Shown: positions 1-13,197 of the stretch, in pieces | Numbering within the stretch: position 1 is the stretch's first letter | How the letters are laid out: every line of letters begins with the position of its first letter | DNA from: Epiperipatus broadwayi | Taxonomy: Eukaryota > Animalia > Onychophora | NCBI GenBank assembly: GCA_028023455.1 | Contig: JAQFVV010000006.1 | Location: forward strand, 1,302,001 to 1,366,000 | Length of the DNA stretch: 64,000 nucleotides | Direction: 5' to 3' | The notes under the pieces: model-generated | Database searches by the model: none | What the model was told of the DNA's origin: nothing | What the model saw: only the letters and a program-made list of their open reading frames with translations | Program-made: the position numbers and the translations under genes

Positions 1-342
1 AAATAGTTAAATATCCATTTACTGATCAATATGGGATGATTGCCTGGATTGGCTATTGCCCAGCGACCTAAAAGAACATCGTCTATTGGCAAAACTGATT
101 TGGGTTTACTCAGCCTATATTTGAATCCAGGTCATAAAATTGTTAGGTATTTGCACTATGCTTGTGTAACTAGAACTCTCTATTTATATTGTGAGATAAA
201 AGTAATTCGTTAAAAAAACTATATACTATTGGAAATGGTCATCAACCATGATGATTTAGCATTATTGTCACATGTTTAGGTGCCATAAGAATCAAAAGAA
301 AAAATGAACAGCAATTCGTTGCATTCAAGCTAGGATGGTAAA

Positions 343-508
343 GCCAATTATATTCCCAGATTAATTTATAGTCATCATCAAATCAGAAAGAATTGGTTGG
401 CTATACCAATTAGTGTTCATTAATTGCCAATTATATTCCCAGATTAATTTATAGGCTTCAATAAAACAGAAAGAATTGGTTGGCTATACCAACTAGTGTC
501 CATTAATT
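343..508. repeat. Tandem duplication, 2 x 83 bp
   Basis: gccaattatattcccagattaatttatag...cagaaagaattggttggctatacca...cattaatt repeated at 343 and 426. Confidence 0.9.
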
Positions 509-1499
509 ACACAAGCTTTCAATAGATGGCTCTGAAGCAGAATATTACATTGCATAACTGCAACTAATGTAAAATTGAGAGTTATGTATTAGATTATTCT
601 GCAGATAAAACTATTCATACGATTATCAGTCATTAATATCAACATTCAATAATATTATAATTTGTATTTAAATTCAGAAATACGTTTTATCCCTTTTGTG
701 TAAGCATATGAAATGGTAATCACGAGTTGTTTTGGTGGTTTAAAAACTACGTCTGGAGGACCATTTTCTTTTTATAATATAAAAAAAAACGCCACAGTAA
801 GATTAGCTGAAATGACGATTGACACTGAGGAAAATCTTAATTTGCTAAAATTTTATAAAATCGCTCACTCAGAATATTTTCTCGTTAGGAATAAAAACAA
901 AATTTTAAACACAATATCTTAGTTTGATCAACTTTCCTAGAGGTGGCAGCATATTCTCATATACAGTATTCTTTTTTAATGAGCAGAATTAATAAGAAAA
1001 GGTCAAGATTTAGAAATATAGTTATTTAACATCATTAAAGGAATGCTAAGAATAAAAGTCTTTATATCCAGTATTGTCTTAAAATATTTAAATTAACGGA
1101 AGTAATATACTATAGCACAATATAAATGTATCCAAGCGTTTAATTATTTTTGTTTACTATAAATACTGTACATATTAAAGATCTAATACTAAAAGCTAAT
1201 AATGATTTATGAAAGAGTTTTATAAAACAAAAGAAAAGTAGTATAATTACTGAAACGAAAACAATAAATGATTAAAATTGCTTTTATTTAAAACATATAT
1301 TATTCTCCCCTCGTCTATATATCGTATATATATATAAAAGATTTAAAGTAAAATGTCGTAACAGTCTTTGTCATCGTTTCTATATATTGCTGATCTGAGA
1401 AACGAATGGTAGTACAGACAGACAGATAGAGCAAGAGAGAGAGAAAACAAGAGATTAGTACACGAAAAGAATTATTTTACATTTACCTTGAATTACATT

Positions 1500-1700
1500 C
1501 ATATAAATCTTCAATTTCTCCAAGTTTAATCTCATATTATTCTAAAAAACATCCATCCATCTCAGGTATGATTTCTCTAGATTTTCTACAAACTTGTGGG
1601 ATCCAGTTGAGCACTTCAAAAATTCGTCTAGGTCAGTTTCATTTCAGTATCGTAACACGTTTTTTAGTTCAGGATGAAAGCTTGATAACTTACATAGAAG
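1500..1700 (-). mobile_element. Degenerate RTE-type LINE 3' fragment
   Basis: Resembles the 3' part of the RTE copy at 60781-61050 (ctccaagtttaatc...gggatccagtt). Confidence 0.45.
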
Positions 1701-2029
1701 TATATGACAGGAACTGAAAGGAAAATGCACTAGAGTCTAACATTCAGCTGTACTGGTCCAAGATCCAAAGCTCCTCATTGATGAAAACCATAAGCTTGAG
1801 CATACTCTGGGAATTTCAGATAGGAAAGCACAGTATAGGAATTTATTAAGGATTATCACTTGACAATTATCATTGCTTTCTAAAGCTTACATTAAGTGGC
1901 ACAAAGAAGGTGAAAAAGTTTGCTAATGTGAATGATACCTGTTTCTCTCACCCATGTATTTCATTCAGATAGAGATATGAAGTCTTAATTCCAGGTAATA
2001 AAAAAAAGGCATCAAATTCAGAAAACAAA

Positions 2030-3330
2030 AAGTTAAAAGTGAATTTTTATACAAATCATGAAAAATGGCATATATCCACATATATCGTACGTTAATCCTT
2101 TAGACTGTTTGATAGCTTGTAGCTGAGTTTTCATCCTGAAAACCATCAATAGCTCATTTAATTGTAAAAGGACCTTGTAGGAGAAAGATGGTGCATATGT
2201 CATCATGACCTGGGTTTGAATCTGGCCTGAATGAAACACTTTTCCAAAAAGATTTAAAAAAACTTTTTTCTCAGATAAATGAGCTCATCTAAATATTTAA
2301 CATTGGTTGGTAAATGGGTATTTAGCACCTCTTAGCTAGGTAATATAACCATAATGAAAACTGTTCATCCTCTATATCTAGAGAGTAAACAAATGTTGAA
2401 AAAAGGCTCAAACACTTACCAGCCAACAATTGGAAAGTTGGTGACTGTTGCTGTTGCTATAATTGCCACTTTACAAAGGGCTGATGGAGAGATTTTTTAC
2501 CTCAAATTGTAGGTATTTATTAAAAAGCTGCCTTATTTTTTTTTTCTTACTTATCTACAACCTTCTTTTGAAATGTATCTTCAATCACATTCTCATATGG
2601 AAGTAAACAGTATTCCATCTATTTAAAATGCTTGGAAGAGCTTCCCTACATGTAAGTGGAGGTCTACTTCTCTACTAAAAATTATTCTTGAGTTCACACC
2701 AGATATACTTTTTAGAAAGTTCATTAATATGCACTGTCACCATAAGCTCAATTCAATGAACACATGCTTTACAATAATAGGGACAATATCACCACATGCA
2801 TCAATATAATCTTGCACCACATATTCTGGATGTTATGGAATTTTCTTTACATTGTCCCATAAGGAAGTCAAAAACACCCATTTGTACAATAAATTTTGCA
2901 GATAATGACTCAAATACAATTAAGTTAATTGGAATAGTTGTATCATTAAGAACAATTAATTTATGGAGCTTGGTGCCCAAGATTCATGATTATGGCCAAT
3001 TGCCACTTCTAAATCTGCACAATTTAGTGCAATGGTAAAGAGATAAAAACCTAGAGCTAAGATCCATGAAATTGTTGCTTTCCTCTGTCATTTTAGTGTT
3101 CAAACTTTTTATAAACTTCTGAGCAACAATCCAGGTGATTTCTTTTTATTTAGAAGAAATACTTGTGTCACTGTGATAAAATACCATATCTTTTAATGTG
3201 TTAAATGCATCCACAATATATAGGTATATATACAGATCTATTTATTCTGAAAAAATCCATGTAAAGAAGTGACTTGTGGACATCCAAATAACACAACATT
3301 TAAAAACAGCTTCACAGTATTCAGAAAATG
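2030..3330 (-). mobile_element. Highly decayed hAT-type transposase fossil
   Basis: Broken minus-strand frames give hAT-like pieces (CVH*IELMV, PSILNRWNTVY, ALCKVAII...PI); many stops and frameshifts. Confidence 0.35.
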
Positions 3331-3829
3331 TGAAGCAAGATAATAATAATGTTTTTCAGCATTCTGGATATGGTAATAGCAGATCAAGTATTGAATCACT
3401 GGTTGGCACAGGGTGACACTGCTGTATGGAGAGTTTTGCCTGTTTAATCTATTACTGAAATGATATATCTCCATTGGATAGGACTTACAAAGTTCTTGCA
3501 AGTAACAGATAAGGATTTTGAGTTTTTTGATCACTGTTTATTAAATTAAGTTCTTTGTAACCTACATTTAACACCTTAAGAACGTTGATATATCCTTTGA
3601 ATTAATAAATATATTACAATCATTAGTCTATAGTGTATCTTGTAGTGAAGAAAATGAAGTCCGTGTTCTTTGCTTGTAATGAGTTCATAAGTACTCCATC
3701 AAACCCTTATTACAACTTAGCACCTGCTTTAGGAAGCTATGTATAAAATGTTTGATAGACCATTGCCTTAGCTATGAAGCACAAAGTTAGAATTAATACA
3801 TACCCTTATATTAAACATCAGTTTTAATT

Positions 3830-4200
3830 TCAAGTGCAATAAAATGTTCTACCTTCAATTATAATGCTCTCCATCATACTATAAAGTAATACTTATATAA
3901 TTATTTTCATACCTTCAATCATTATCAATCCATTGCGAGAAGAAAGTCTCTCAAAGATTAATACAGTTCCTCTAATCCACAGTCTCTCTTTTCGACATTA
4001 TATTAATAAACTTTCTTACTTCTTCCATTTATCTCACGTGTGATCTCTTTTTAACTCATTTACAAACTTTTGAGATCCAGTTTAAAACTTCAGTTGTCTA
4101 TCATCTTCTGTTCTAGTAATATATCCAGCCCAATTGTATTTCAATCTCTTAATTGCATTCAAGCACCAAATCCATATAATGTTAATATCATTTATGTTCT
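3830..4200 (-). mobile_element. Degenerate RTE-type LINE C-terminal fragment
   Basis: Minus translation IKRLKYNWAGYITRTEDDR matches the RTE kW.WAGH..R..D.RW motif. Confidence 0.5.
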
Positions 4201-4235
4201 TTATTACTTTTTACAATGCTTTTTTACAACTCACT

Positions 4236-4276
4236 ATTAATGGTTTCGATTGTCCCAGCAATCTTCTTCAGAACTT
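4236..4276 (-). ncRNA. Degenerate hammerhead motif (family F5-like)
   Basis: CTGAAGA-A-GATTG[CTGGGA]CAATC-GAAAC: perfect 5-bp helix II; helices I and III poor. Confidence 0.45.
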
Positions 4277-5349
4277 CTGTGGATATACTATCAATAGTGG
4301 GTTGTAAAAAGGCATTGTAAAAGGTAATAAAGAACATGTCTACAATATCTTTTGTTCTCTCACCCAAGTGTTTTGTTTTTGATTCTTTCTTATTCCTAAT
4401 ATACATCTTTTTTGTAACGATATATAAATATGTCAGTTACATTAATTTAAAATAAAAACTTAAAAGTTCGCAAATAAAAGTAAAAAACTAAACGCTATGC
4501 TAAACTTTAAAAATATTTTTTTCATAAACAAAAAAAAAAGTATTTGAACGTATTTTTTTTAATAAAAAAATACAAGATTGAAATATAAAAATATTTTAAT
4601 AAAAAAATAAGTAAGTTAAAATAAAAACAGGTATTAATTAATTCCTGTAATCTGTAAATGGAAATGATTGTTTATTAATTATCTAAAAGCTGTGTAATTA
4701 AAAAGTCAGATGAAAAGTTAGATAAGAGAAGAAAGAGATTTTAGCTTGACCAATGGAAGCACTAAGCCTTGGCTCGGACCCTAACGAAAGTGATAGATTA
4801 GTGACGTTTTGTTCATTGAATCCTTGTGGATAATATAAAAAGGGAAATACAGTTTTTTCTAAGTTCCAGCGTTGTGTGTTTGAAAGATGTGGTATGACGC
4901 ACATACCACACTCTCTATAAAAAAAAAAAAAATGAAAAGACTGTGATACCTTGAACCAGCTATTGCCATCTCCAGAACATTACCTTCCAACGGAGGCGTC
5001 GCGAGAATTGAAAGCAGAGGCCTGGACTCTTATACCATAAGCTATATGAAATGAACAATTGTTAAAATCAATCAAGAACTTTAGTCAAGTTTTACAAATT
5101 GATAAACAAGCCAACTGAAATGTTAAAACGGATTCTCATCTGACTTTTGTAAGTTTTTAAATCAAATTAATAATGTTTAATTTTATATGTTTTCCGATTG
5201 ATAAACATCATTTCCATTTTTTTTTTTTCTTATTGTAAAGATTAGTTAAATGTATGAAATTTAAGTTGTTTATAGATGCTTGCATGGATTCGTTTGCGGT
5301 TAATTATATTTTGGTTTTCATATTTGATCAAAATATATAGACATTCGAT

Positions 5350-6100
5350 AAATAATGATACCTTATGGTGAGTATCTAAAATGTATTTATTCGGATGTCT
5401 TTTAAGTTATTGGTGACAACGCAAGTATCTTATGGTGAATACTATTGGGTTACTTATAAGTTTCCCTCTGCGATTGTCGGTATCAATAATTTTGTATTTT
5501 GATCATTTATGTTTATTTTGAAATGTTTTTGACCGTGGAATCTATGTAATCGATCTATACCCAACATTTTTAAACAAATCTGTGCGAACGTATTTAAATG
5601 TTAAAATTAAGTTGGGCGTGAATGGCTATATAGTTTTGGTAAAGTTGTATTAAGGGAGGGTAATCTTAGGTTATTCATTTCGTAGTTGAATTGGTTCAAT
5701 GGATTGGATATATTTGTGTAATTAGTAGATGTAGTATGAGGTCCGCTACGGGCAGGATTATAGATATATGCCACACACCCTCTGTTTGCCTATGGATGGG
5801 TTTGTAAGTCGGCAGAAGACCGCAGTCCATTCCTATGGAGTTTTTTGTTTATTGATCTACTTGCCAACAGATGTCACATTCCTGTTGGTGGAGAGTCAAT
5901 GTCTTCTCTATCTCTACTTATTGTTCAGATGTACATTCCTGTCAATATAGTATTTTGTGTTGTCGTATCATGCTACATTGAATACATGAATGTATCAGAT
6001 GGATTGATGCCAGTTGATTGCGAAATTTGTTGCCTAAGGTTAAATCAGGGAAGAATATTTTCCTTTCAAATGCAGACCTATGTAGTCCATTCATACTCGA
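5350..6100 (-). mobile_element. Degenerate Penelope-like RT fragment
   Basis: Broken minus frames give PLE-like pieces (HRQTEGV, PVADLIL, AIHAQLNF, KMLGID) in the expected order. Confidence 0.4.
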
Positions 6101-7226
6101 CCCTCTAAATAAATAGTAAACTCATTATTTGAAATCTACTTAAATTTAGAATTAAAGATCAATATAAAAATATAAACGTTAAATTTATTCCTCAAAATTT
6201 AAATGTTATTTTATATGTGCGTAAATAAATATTTTTACATGTTAATTTCTGGCAGTGGCTTTTATTTATTGATATTTAAGATATAAATTAAGATATAGAT
6301 TTTTATCTCTGCGTCTCCACTGAGCTAGTGACTTGGGCTAACGATCGGAATATTTAAATAAAGTGGAATCTTAACAGCGCGTATCTGCCTACTTTATAAA
6401 TTTTTCTAGGCTCAAATGCCTAGATGGCGCCCTTGTAGTGCAGATATTGTTTTTGCGGTTAGATTCGATCTTCACTTTCATTCCGATTGGTACACTTTAT
6501 ACTTCATCAAACAGTCTAAAACCTCTGTATAATTCTTCTGTTAAGTTTATTAACAATGCATAATATTGTAAAAGTAAACTGTAGACGACCAGGTATTTTA
6601 AAAATTCACCCCAAATCACAATTTTTTACTGAAGCAAATTTAAAAAAAGCAATATATTTTGTTTACAAATGTTGAAATAAATTAATAATCAAATGGTTTA
6701 TTGTTTAGGAGTTCATAAGTTACAACATTGAAAATAACAGAACTGGTACCACAATCCTTGGACCTTGAGTAGCAGAGGTCACCACTGTAGCACTGCACTA
6801 AACCAATCAGGGATTTGTAAATGCTTAACAAATTAATTAAAAATAAAATAACTGATTGGTTTACTGTTCAGTTTACCAAAAATTGGAGCACTCAAATTTG
6901 ACAAAATGTTGCCGTGATCTATAGCTTTGGACCATATTCTGCCACTTTACCATTACATCAAATCATTCACAGTGATAACAAAATATAATTATGCTATTAA
7001 AATAATTATTAATTAAAGTATTTACTGCTTCATCTTTTACAAGAACAATACCATATGAGTTGGCAGTTAAATGCATTCGTGAGTGAAAAAAAAGTTTATA
7101 AATTATTTAACGTTAACCTTAGCTTAAAAGTGAATATCCAACATTCATTCTTGATTGCTTGTGATTTCAGATCTATACATCCTCTGATCATTTTGTATTG
7201 CAGTGTATTATAGATCTCTTTTAGTT

Positions 7227-7448
7227 TTAGATTAATATATTGGATTTTATTATCGAGAATTTGCTGAACATGTGATTGATATCTTGTTGTGTTCCTATAA
7301 AAACATCATCAACATAGTGTATGTATATACAATTGTGTATGTTTAATATAGGACCAATTATGGTAGTTTCTTTATAAGAGCAAATTATGTTAGTTTCTTT
7401 ATAAGCCAAAGTTTGACTATGTATAACTGCACTAGTTAATAGGACCAT
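7227..7448 (-). mobile_element. Penelope-like RT remnant
   Basis: ORF contains IYIHYVDDVFI, the PLE-type RYVDD catalytic motif. Confidence 0.4.
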
Positions 7449-7609
7449 AAGATAGATGGTAACATTTCATACATATCTATGTAGCTACAATGTCATTATC
7501 TATCCATGTTAAGAATTTTACATTAAATAATTATTTTTAATTGATTCTCTCCAGTTTCTGTTCCATAAAGTTCTATGATGCCGAAAAAGATCATTCTATG
7601 TTGGTGAAA

Positions 7610-7800
7610 TGAAACAAGGCAAAACTCTCCATACAGTAGTGCCACCCTGTGCCAACCAGAGTAATCAATGGATGCCTGAAGGCTTGTGCCTAAAATCCCT
7701 ATCTAATATCCTCAGACTAGTTTCTGGCTTGTGGCCTTCATCAGTGAGGATCTGAGCGCACTGCACCTAGATCTTAGTGATCACGTAATGTTTGGTGGGA
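7610..7800 (-). mobile_element. F1 retrozyme-like repeat, partial copy with intact hammerhead (7709-7750)
   Basis: Minus strand TCCTCA-CTGATGA-A-GGC[CACAA]GCC-A-GAAACTAGTC-TGAGGA: perfect 6-bp helix I, GUC site at 7715. Confidence 0.8.
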
Positions 7801-8088
7801 AATGGTGGTATTTTTAATACAGTCCACAAGTTTAAATGATGATAATGTATTGGTCAAAACCTAATTCTTCTTTTAGTAATTGTGCTATGTATTTGGATGT
7901 TTCATAATAACGCACTTCATAAAATTATTCATGGAATTGGAGCAGGCAGTACACTTCGTGCATTTTGATATTAGCAAATAATTTAGATAGTTACCTGATA
8001 GGTACATTTATAAATATTCTTTTCTGTCATATATTTTGTGTATATATTTTTTTACTATGCGCATTATAAACTTTTCTTTTTTAGTTAG

Positions 8089-8370
8089 ATGAAGGCAAAT
8101 CTTAAAGCAAGAAAGATGCAACATTCTCTCATATATAGAAAATCACCGACAAAACCTGATGCTACTAATGCATTGGTCTTATACAACCATGAAAAAGAAT
8201 ATGGCTACAGTTTTAATCCATGTCATGTTAAAATAATGTGCAAAAACAGAACTAATTGTAAATGCAAAATTTACCTAATGCTTAAATATCCTGGCATCTC
8301 ACTGAGGAAGCCAGTAGCAGAAACCGGTCTGGGGTTAGAAATATTCCGAAAAGCTTTTAAGAGCATTTAA
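8089..8370 (+). mobile_element. Penelope-like GIY-YIG C-terminal remnant followed by sense hammerhead (family F3, 8296-8335)
   Basis: NALVLYNHEKEYGYSFNP resembles the PLE post-GIY H...H.F region. Then ATCTCA-CTGAGGA-A-GC[CAGTA]GC-A-GAAACCGGTC-TGGGGT; homologous copy at 54515-54552. Confidence 0.6.
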
Positions 8371-9364
8371 ATAGCTGATTAGATAATAATTATATACTAT
8401 AATGGAAACTTGATTCATTCCAATTTATATTGACGTTTATAACTGATATATTCTCATCCCCAAGATGGAAATATAATTTATAATAAATTACTATTTTTAT
8501 TTGATTTAAATCTTAACAATAATAATTTATATAAATTTGAGATATTGTTATACAAGCCACGGCCATCTTTCAAGACAATTGCATTCCTCCATAAGTGCAA
8601 GAAGCAAACACTTCTCCTGCGGATACTTTTATTTATTTTGAGTATAAATCCTCAGGCACCATCCAACTAAACACTAGAATATCGACAAAAGATTTTGAAA
8701 CACCTCAAGTGATTGATTCTCCAACTAGCACAAAAAACAAGAAACTTACATGACTTAAACTATCAGACATTGTATTCTAAACACACGTATAATTGGCATG
8801 ATTTTATTTTAATTAATATTGTATGGAGAGAGAAAGAGAATTAAGCCAAATTAACTTAAAACATGTTTATTTCCACAAACATATAATAATAATCAAAAAT
8901 AAACAAATTAAATTACACTAGTTATAGTTATTTAGTATAAATCAGTCTATTTCTAGTGGATCAGAATTAAATTACTTTTAGTCTTATGAAAGTTTGTAAA
9001 GAGAATAAAATCTGTCTAGATTTTAAATTATAGTATATATTTATGTAGGTTTTGTTATAGCTTTTTCTGGGGTGTACTCCTGTCTTCTTGAACATTAACT
9101 GAGTTCATGTTTGGCATTCCTGGCTTCTTTAATAGCTTGCAACTTTTTATTTCTGGGGCAATATGTACCTTCAGCCTAGTTCAGTAATAATCTTCTAAAA
9201 TGTTGGGTAGGTATCTCAGCAACAACAATTAAGACGATTTATTGCACTTGAGGTGGACAAATATGAAAGAACTGGGTGGTGACAGCTGAAAGAACACCCA
9301 GTTATGAGCTTATCATTGAAGGGTGATAATAGGAAGCCTGCATAAATAGTTATATGTTGCTAAT

Positions 9365-10292
9365 GAATGAACTGATTGTTCTCAATGAAGGTTGAATGAA
9401 CAGATTGTTCTCAATGAAGGTTGAATGAACTGATGGTTCTCAATGAAGGTTGAATGAACTGATGGTTCTCAATGAAGGTTGAATGAACAGATTGTTCTCA
9501 ATGAAGGTTGAATGAACTGATGGTTCTCAATGAAGGTTGAATGAACTGATTGTTCTCAATGAAGGTTGAATGAACTGATGGTTCTCAATGAAGGTTGAAT
9601 GAACTGATGGTTCTCAATGAAGGTTGAATGAACTGATGGTTCTCAATGAAGGTTGAATGAACTGATTGTTCTCAATGAAGGTTGAATGAACTGATGGTTC
9701 TCAATGAAGGTTGAATGAACTGATTGTTCTCAATGAAGGTTGAATGAACTGATGGTTCTCAATGAAGGTTGAATGAACTGATGGTTCTCAATGAAGGTTG
9801 AATGAACTGATTGTTCTCAATGAAGGTTGAATGAACTGATGGTTCTCAATGAAGGTTGAATGAACTGATTGTTCTCAATGAAGGTTGAATGAACTGATGG
9901 TTCTCAATGAAGGTTGAATGAACTGATTGTTCTCAATGAAGGTTGAATGAACTGATGGTTCTCAATGAAGGTTGAATGAACTGATTGTTCTCAATGAAGG
10001 TTGAATGAACTGATTGTTCTCAATGAAGGTTGAATGAACAGATTGTTCTCAATGAAGGTTGAATGAACTGATTGTTCTCAATGAAGGTTGAATGAACAGA
10101 TTGTTCTCAATGAAGGTTGAATGAACTGATTGTTCTCAATGAAGGTTGAATGAACTGATGGTTCTCAATGAAGGTTGAATGAACTGATTGTTCTCAATGA
10201 AGGTTGAATGAACTGATTGTTCTCAATGAAGGTTGAATGAACTGATTGTTCTCAATGGAGGTTGAATGAACTGATTGTTCTCAATGAAGGTT
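9365..10292. repeat. 29-bp minisatellite, 32 units
   Basis: Unit gaatgaac(t/a)gat(t/g)gttctcaatgaaggtt; 928 bp = 32 x 29; three main variants interspersed. Confidence 0.98.
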
Positions 10293-10663
10293 CAGCAAAA
10301 TTAATATATTAACAGCACATTAAAGTGACATATTTTTAACAGCACAACTCAGAAATCTGAATACAATAGAAATTTAGTAGTTTTTATATCCTTGACAAAC
10401 TCACTGAGGTCACCCATGTCATTAATTTCAAATTTTTTTTCTAATTAGTTAATCCTTTTTTGCTTAATTACAACATTAGTTATAATATTACCCAATCAGT
10501 TGCAAATATTAGTGCTTTCCAGAAAAACCTAATTTCCTTCTGGTTAGACAATTTACAAAATTATTACAATCTTTGATTAGGTCATAATTTTTTCTAATTA
10601 AATAGTTTTCAATAATATATTTGTTTAACCATTTACATTATTCTTCAAAATTACCATTTAGTT

Positions 10664-10768
10664 GTCAAGCGTTGTTAGCCGAGAGGTCATCGCACCCAAC
10701 TTGCAAGTAGTTGGTTGCAGACGGGTGTAGGTTCGCGTCTCGGCCGATGCTATGACATATGGAAAAAA
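10664..10768 (+). mobile_element. tRNA-derived SINE with A-tail and 17-bp TSD
   Basis: A-box-like TAGCCGAGAGG, B-box-like GGTTCGCGTCT, A-tail; TSD aaaattaccatttagtt at 10647-10663 and 10769-10785. Confidence 0.85.
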
Positions 10769-11047
10769 AAAATTACCATTTAGTTATTTTTATCTTCATT
10801 TCCATTATAATCTTGTGGATTTTTTTCTTTTTTTATTTCATTTCATGACTAATGCACACACAAAAAATATTTTTTCTTCTTTCACAGTAATTTGGGTTGT
10901 AATATATAACTTCAAATAAAATTGTAAGACATCCATAAATTAATTAATACGATCACTATTTTAAGACTAGTGATTGAATTAATTAGTTTATGGGAATATC
11001 CTACTTTTATTTCAAGTTAAATATAACAACCAAAATTGTAACAGTAA

Positions 11048-11335
11048 TGTGATGTGATATAGCTTCTTCTTACACAAAGTCAAGAATCTCTCAGCAATTA
11101 TGCCCAGAGAAACCTGTTAGCTACTTAATTTTACATTCCCCAGTCTAAGTTTTTACATATTCTGCTCCATCTCATTTCCACAACATAATCTTTGTCAACT
11201 CTACAGCATTTATATATAAATCCCCCTTATCTTTCTACAAACACAGCAAAAAAAACCAATAATCCACTTTCTGTATAATCACTTTTTTTCATATTTATTC
11301 TTCCATAACTTCATTATATGTGCAAACTCTCTATT
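11048..11335 (-). mobile_element. APE-RT LINE (family L-A) 3'-terminal fragment
   Basis: Shares cccagagaaacctgttagc and the (CATCA)n-type tail with copies at 17914, 20705, 47561 and 51495. Confidence 0.75.
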
Positions 11336-11340
11336 CACTA

Positions 11341-12150
11341 GTGCCACCTTGTAGAAGCTATAGCAATTAATGAATGCAGGGAGGTTTGTGCATAAAATCC
11401 CTATCTAGTTCCTACTAATCCAATATCCACAGACTAGTTTCTGGCTTTCATCAGTGAGGAGCTTTGGATTTGAGAGCACTGCATCTATATCTGAAGATCT
11501 AGTGTGACCCTCCAGCAGCCACATTTTACCTATTTAATTAAATAAAGCTATGAATCCATGATAAAAAAACATAATATTTTCAAACCAAGCTAATTTTTTT
11601 ATATAGATATACAGATCTGAATCCACTTCAGCATCTACACATTTTGGTGTCTGTTTTTTTTAATAACCATAGTCATCATCATTCCTTAGGCAGGAATGAT
11701 ATCAAATCAACAAAACATCACATGATCACTGTTTTCTATGCTTATTCAAGTTGTTTATAACAGTAATAAACTCTTCACAGAGTTGTTCACCCAATGCAAC
11801 TATGGACACCAGAAGATTTGTGCATAAAATATTTATCCAGTGCCTATTTCATCTAATATCCCTAGACTAGTTCTAGCTCATCTTTCATCAGTGAGTAACC
11901 TTGTTTCTGATAGCACTGCACCTAGATCTTGGGTTCTAATGCAACCTTTGTACCTTTTTAATTGATTGTAAAAGAATGGTCCCAATTAAAACTAGTTTGG
12001 GGATATAGAATGAGTAAGCACTAGATAGGGATATATTGCACAAATCTTCTGACATTTATTGATTATATGGTTTCCACAGCATGGAGAGTTTGCTAACATT
12101 ATATACAGCTAGTGAAAGGATGGGAAATAGTGGTCATGTGATGTTTTAAA
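11341..12150. mobile_element. F1 repeat cluster: tandem ~1.4 units on minus (two degenerate HHRs 433 bp apart) plus inverted + arm
   Basis: Minus HHR cleavage positions at 11865 and 11432; the intervening sequence matches the unit at 15855-16120; + arm about 11989-12150. Confidence 0.8.
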
Positions 12151-12224
12151 AACAAAATTGTAGTAAAAGAAATTTTTTTTTTTGATTTTATTGCATTACT
12201 CATCAAATTAAATAAAAAAGGGAT

Positions 12225-12350
12225 TTGAACTTAAGATATTCAGTCTACATTCATTTTCTACTCCATCTCAAACAACTGATACACATGACCATGCACATGG
12301 AGTGGAGGATGAATAACAAACTGAAAATCCTGAGTTCAAGTCCCTCTATT
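12225..12350. repeat. Imperfect inverted repeat (~50-bp arms)
   Basis: agggatttgaacttaagatattcagt...ctactccat / atggagtggag...actgaaaatcctgagttcaagtccct. Confidence 0.7.
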
Positions 12351-12959
12351 TACTAGAGTAAACATTCAGTATGAATAGGTTAAAATATTTTTTTTAAAAA
12401 TATTTATTTTTTCATATTTAGATACCTTGCCATGGACTTTTTTGGAAATTTTTATATTCATATTTAAAAACTGAGAATGTAGACAATGCCACTATATTTA
12501 GTATGATACTATTCATTTTTCTCTATTTTGATTAATTGCAAAACTATATTTTGAAAAAAATATATTGCCATCTAGTGAGCATTACTGAGAACTTATTGAA
12601 CTGATATCAACACAGTTTGAAATTCAGCCCAACACTGTTAAGATGGACAACTAGCTGGATAATCCTGAAATATTACACTGTCATATTTCATAGTCACTGA
12701 TACTTAACACGTCTAAAAATTGAAAAAAAAAAAAAATACATTCAATAGAAGTATGTTAAATTTGGTTAAAAGATTTGATCCAAATAAACAAATAAATGGA
12801 ATTACTGAGTTAAACAAAAGCATTTCAAAAGGTATGTCCAAGTGAAAAAAAACACAAATGGTATTCTCAATAATTTGTACTATATCACATTGAGAAACAT
12901 AATTGGTCTTATATTTTATGTCCATTTCAAAGTAATATCTAACTATAAGCAAAGAAGTT

Positions 12960-13190
12960 CCTACAATTATAATATCTTCTGTATTGCTAAGCATTTTAAA
13001 TGAAGAAATGAGGCATACATTTAGCTCTATAAAGAAGGAAAAGCAAATATTGATACTATTGAATTATGAGGCAGAAATGGAGCTAAGCTGGACATACTGC
13101 TAGAAAAAAGATGGTGATAGATGCACAGTTAAAGTCTTAGCACCACATTCTAAGAGATTGAAAAATATTTACAAAGAGACCACTCATGAT
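12960..13190 (+). mobile_element. Degenerate RTE LINE C-terminal fragment
   Basis: RQKWS*AGHTARKK..DRCTVKVL matches the RTE KWrWAGHxxR motif. Confidence 0.5.
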
Positions 13191-13197
13191 ATAGATA

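Noticed and set aside
1-150. Possible exon at window start
   Set aside because: All + frames contain stops or lack a good acceptor, and the minus frame lacks a convincing acceptor; no recognisable homology.
2417-2480. Minus-strand exon (LCKVAIIATATVTNFPIVG|gtaagt)
   Set aside because: Falls inside a decayed hAT-like fossil and has no partner exons; the splice signals are probably fortuitous.
9365-10292. CRISPR array or tandem hammerhead array
   Set aside because: No unique spacers and a eukaryotic context. The unit has CTGATGG/CTGATTG rather than CUGANGA and no GAAA-helix III, so it is a plain minisatellite. The 29-bp period with TGA prevents a long ORF.
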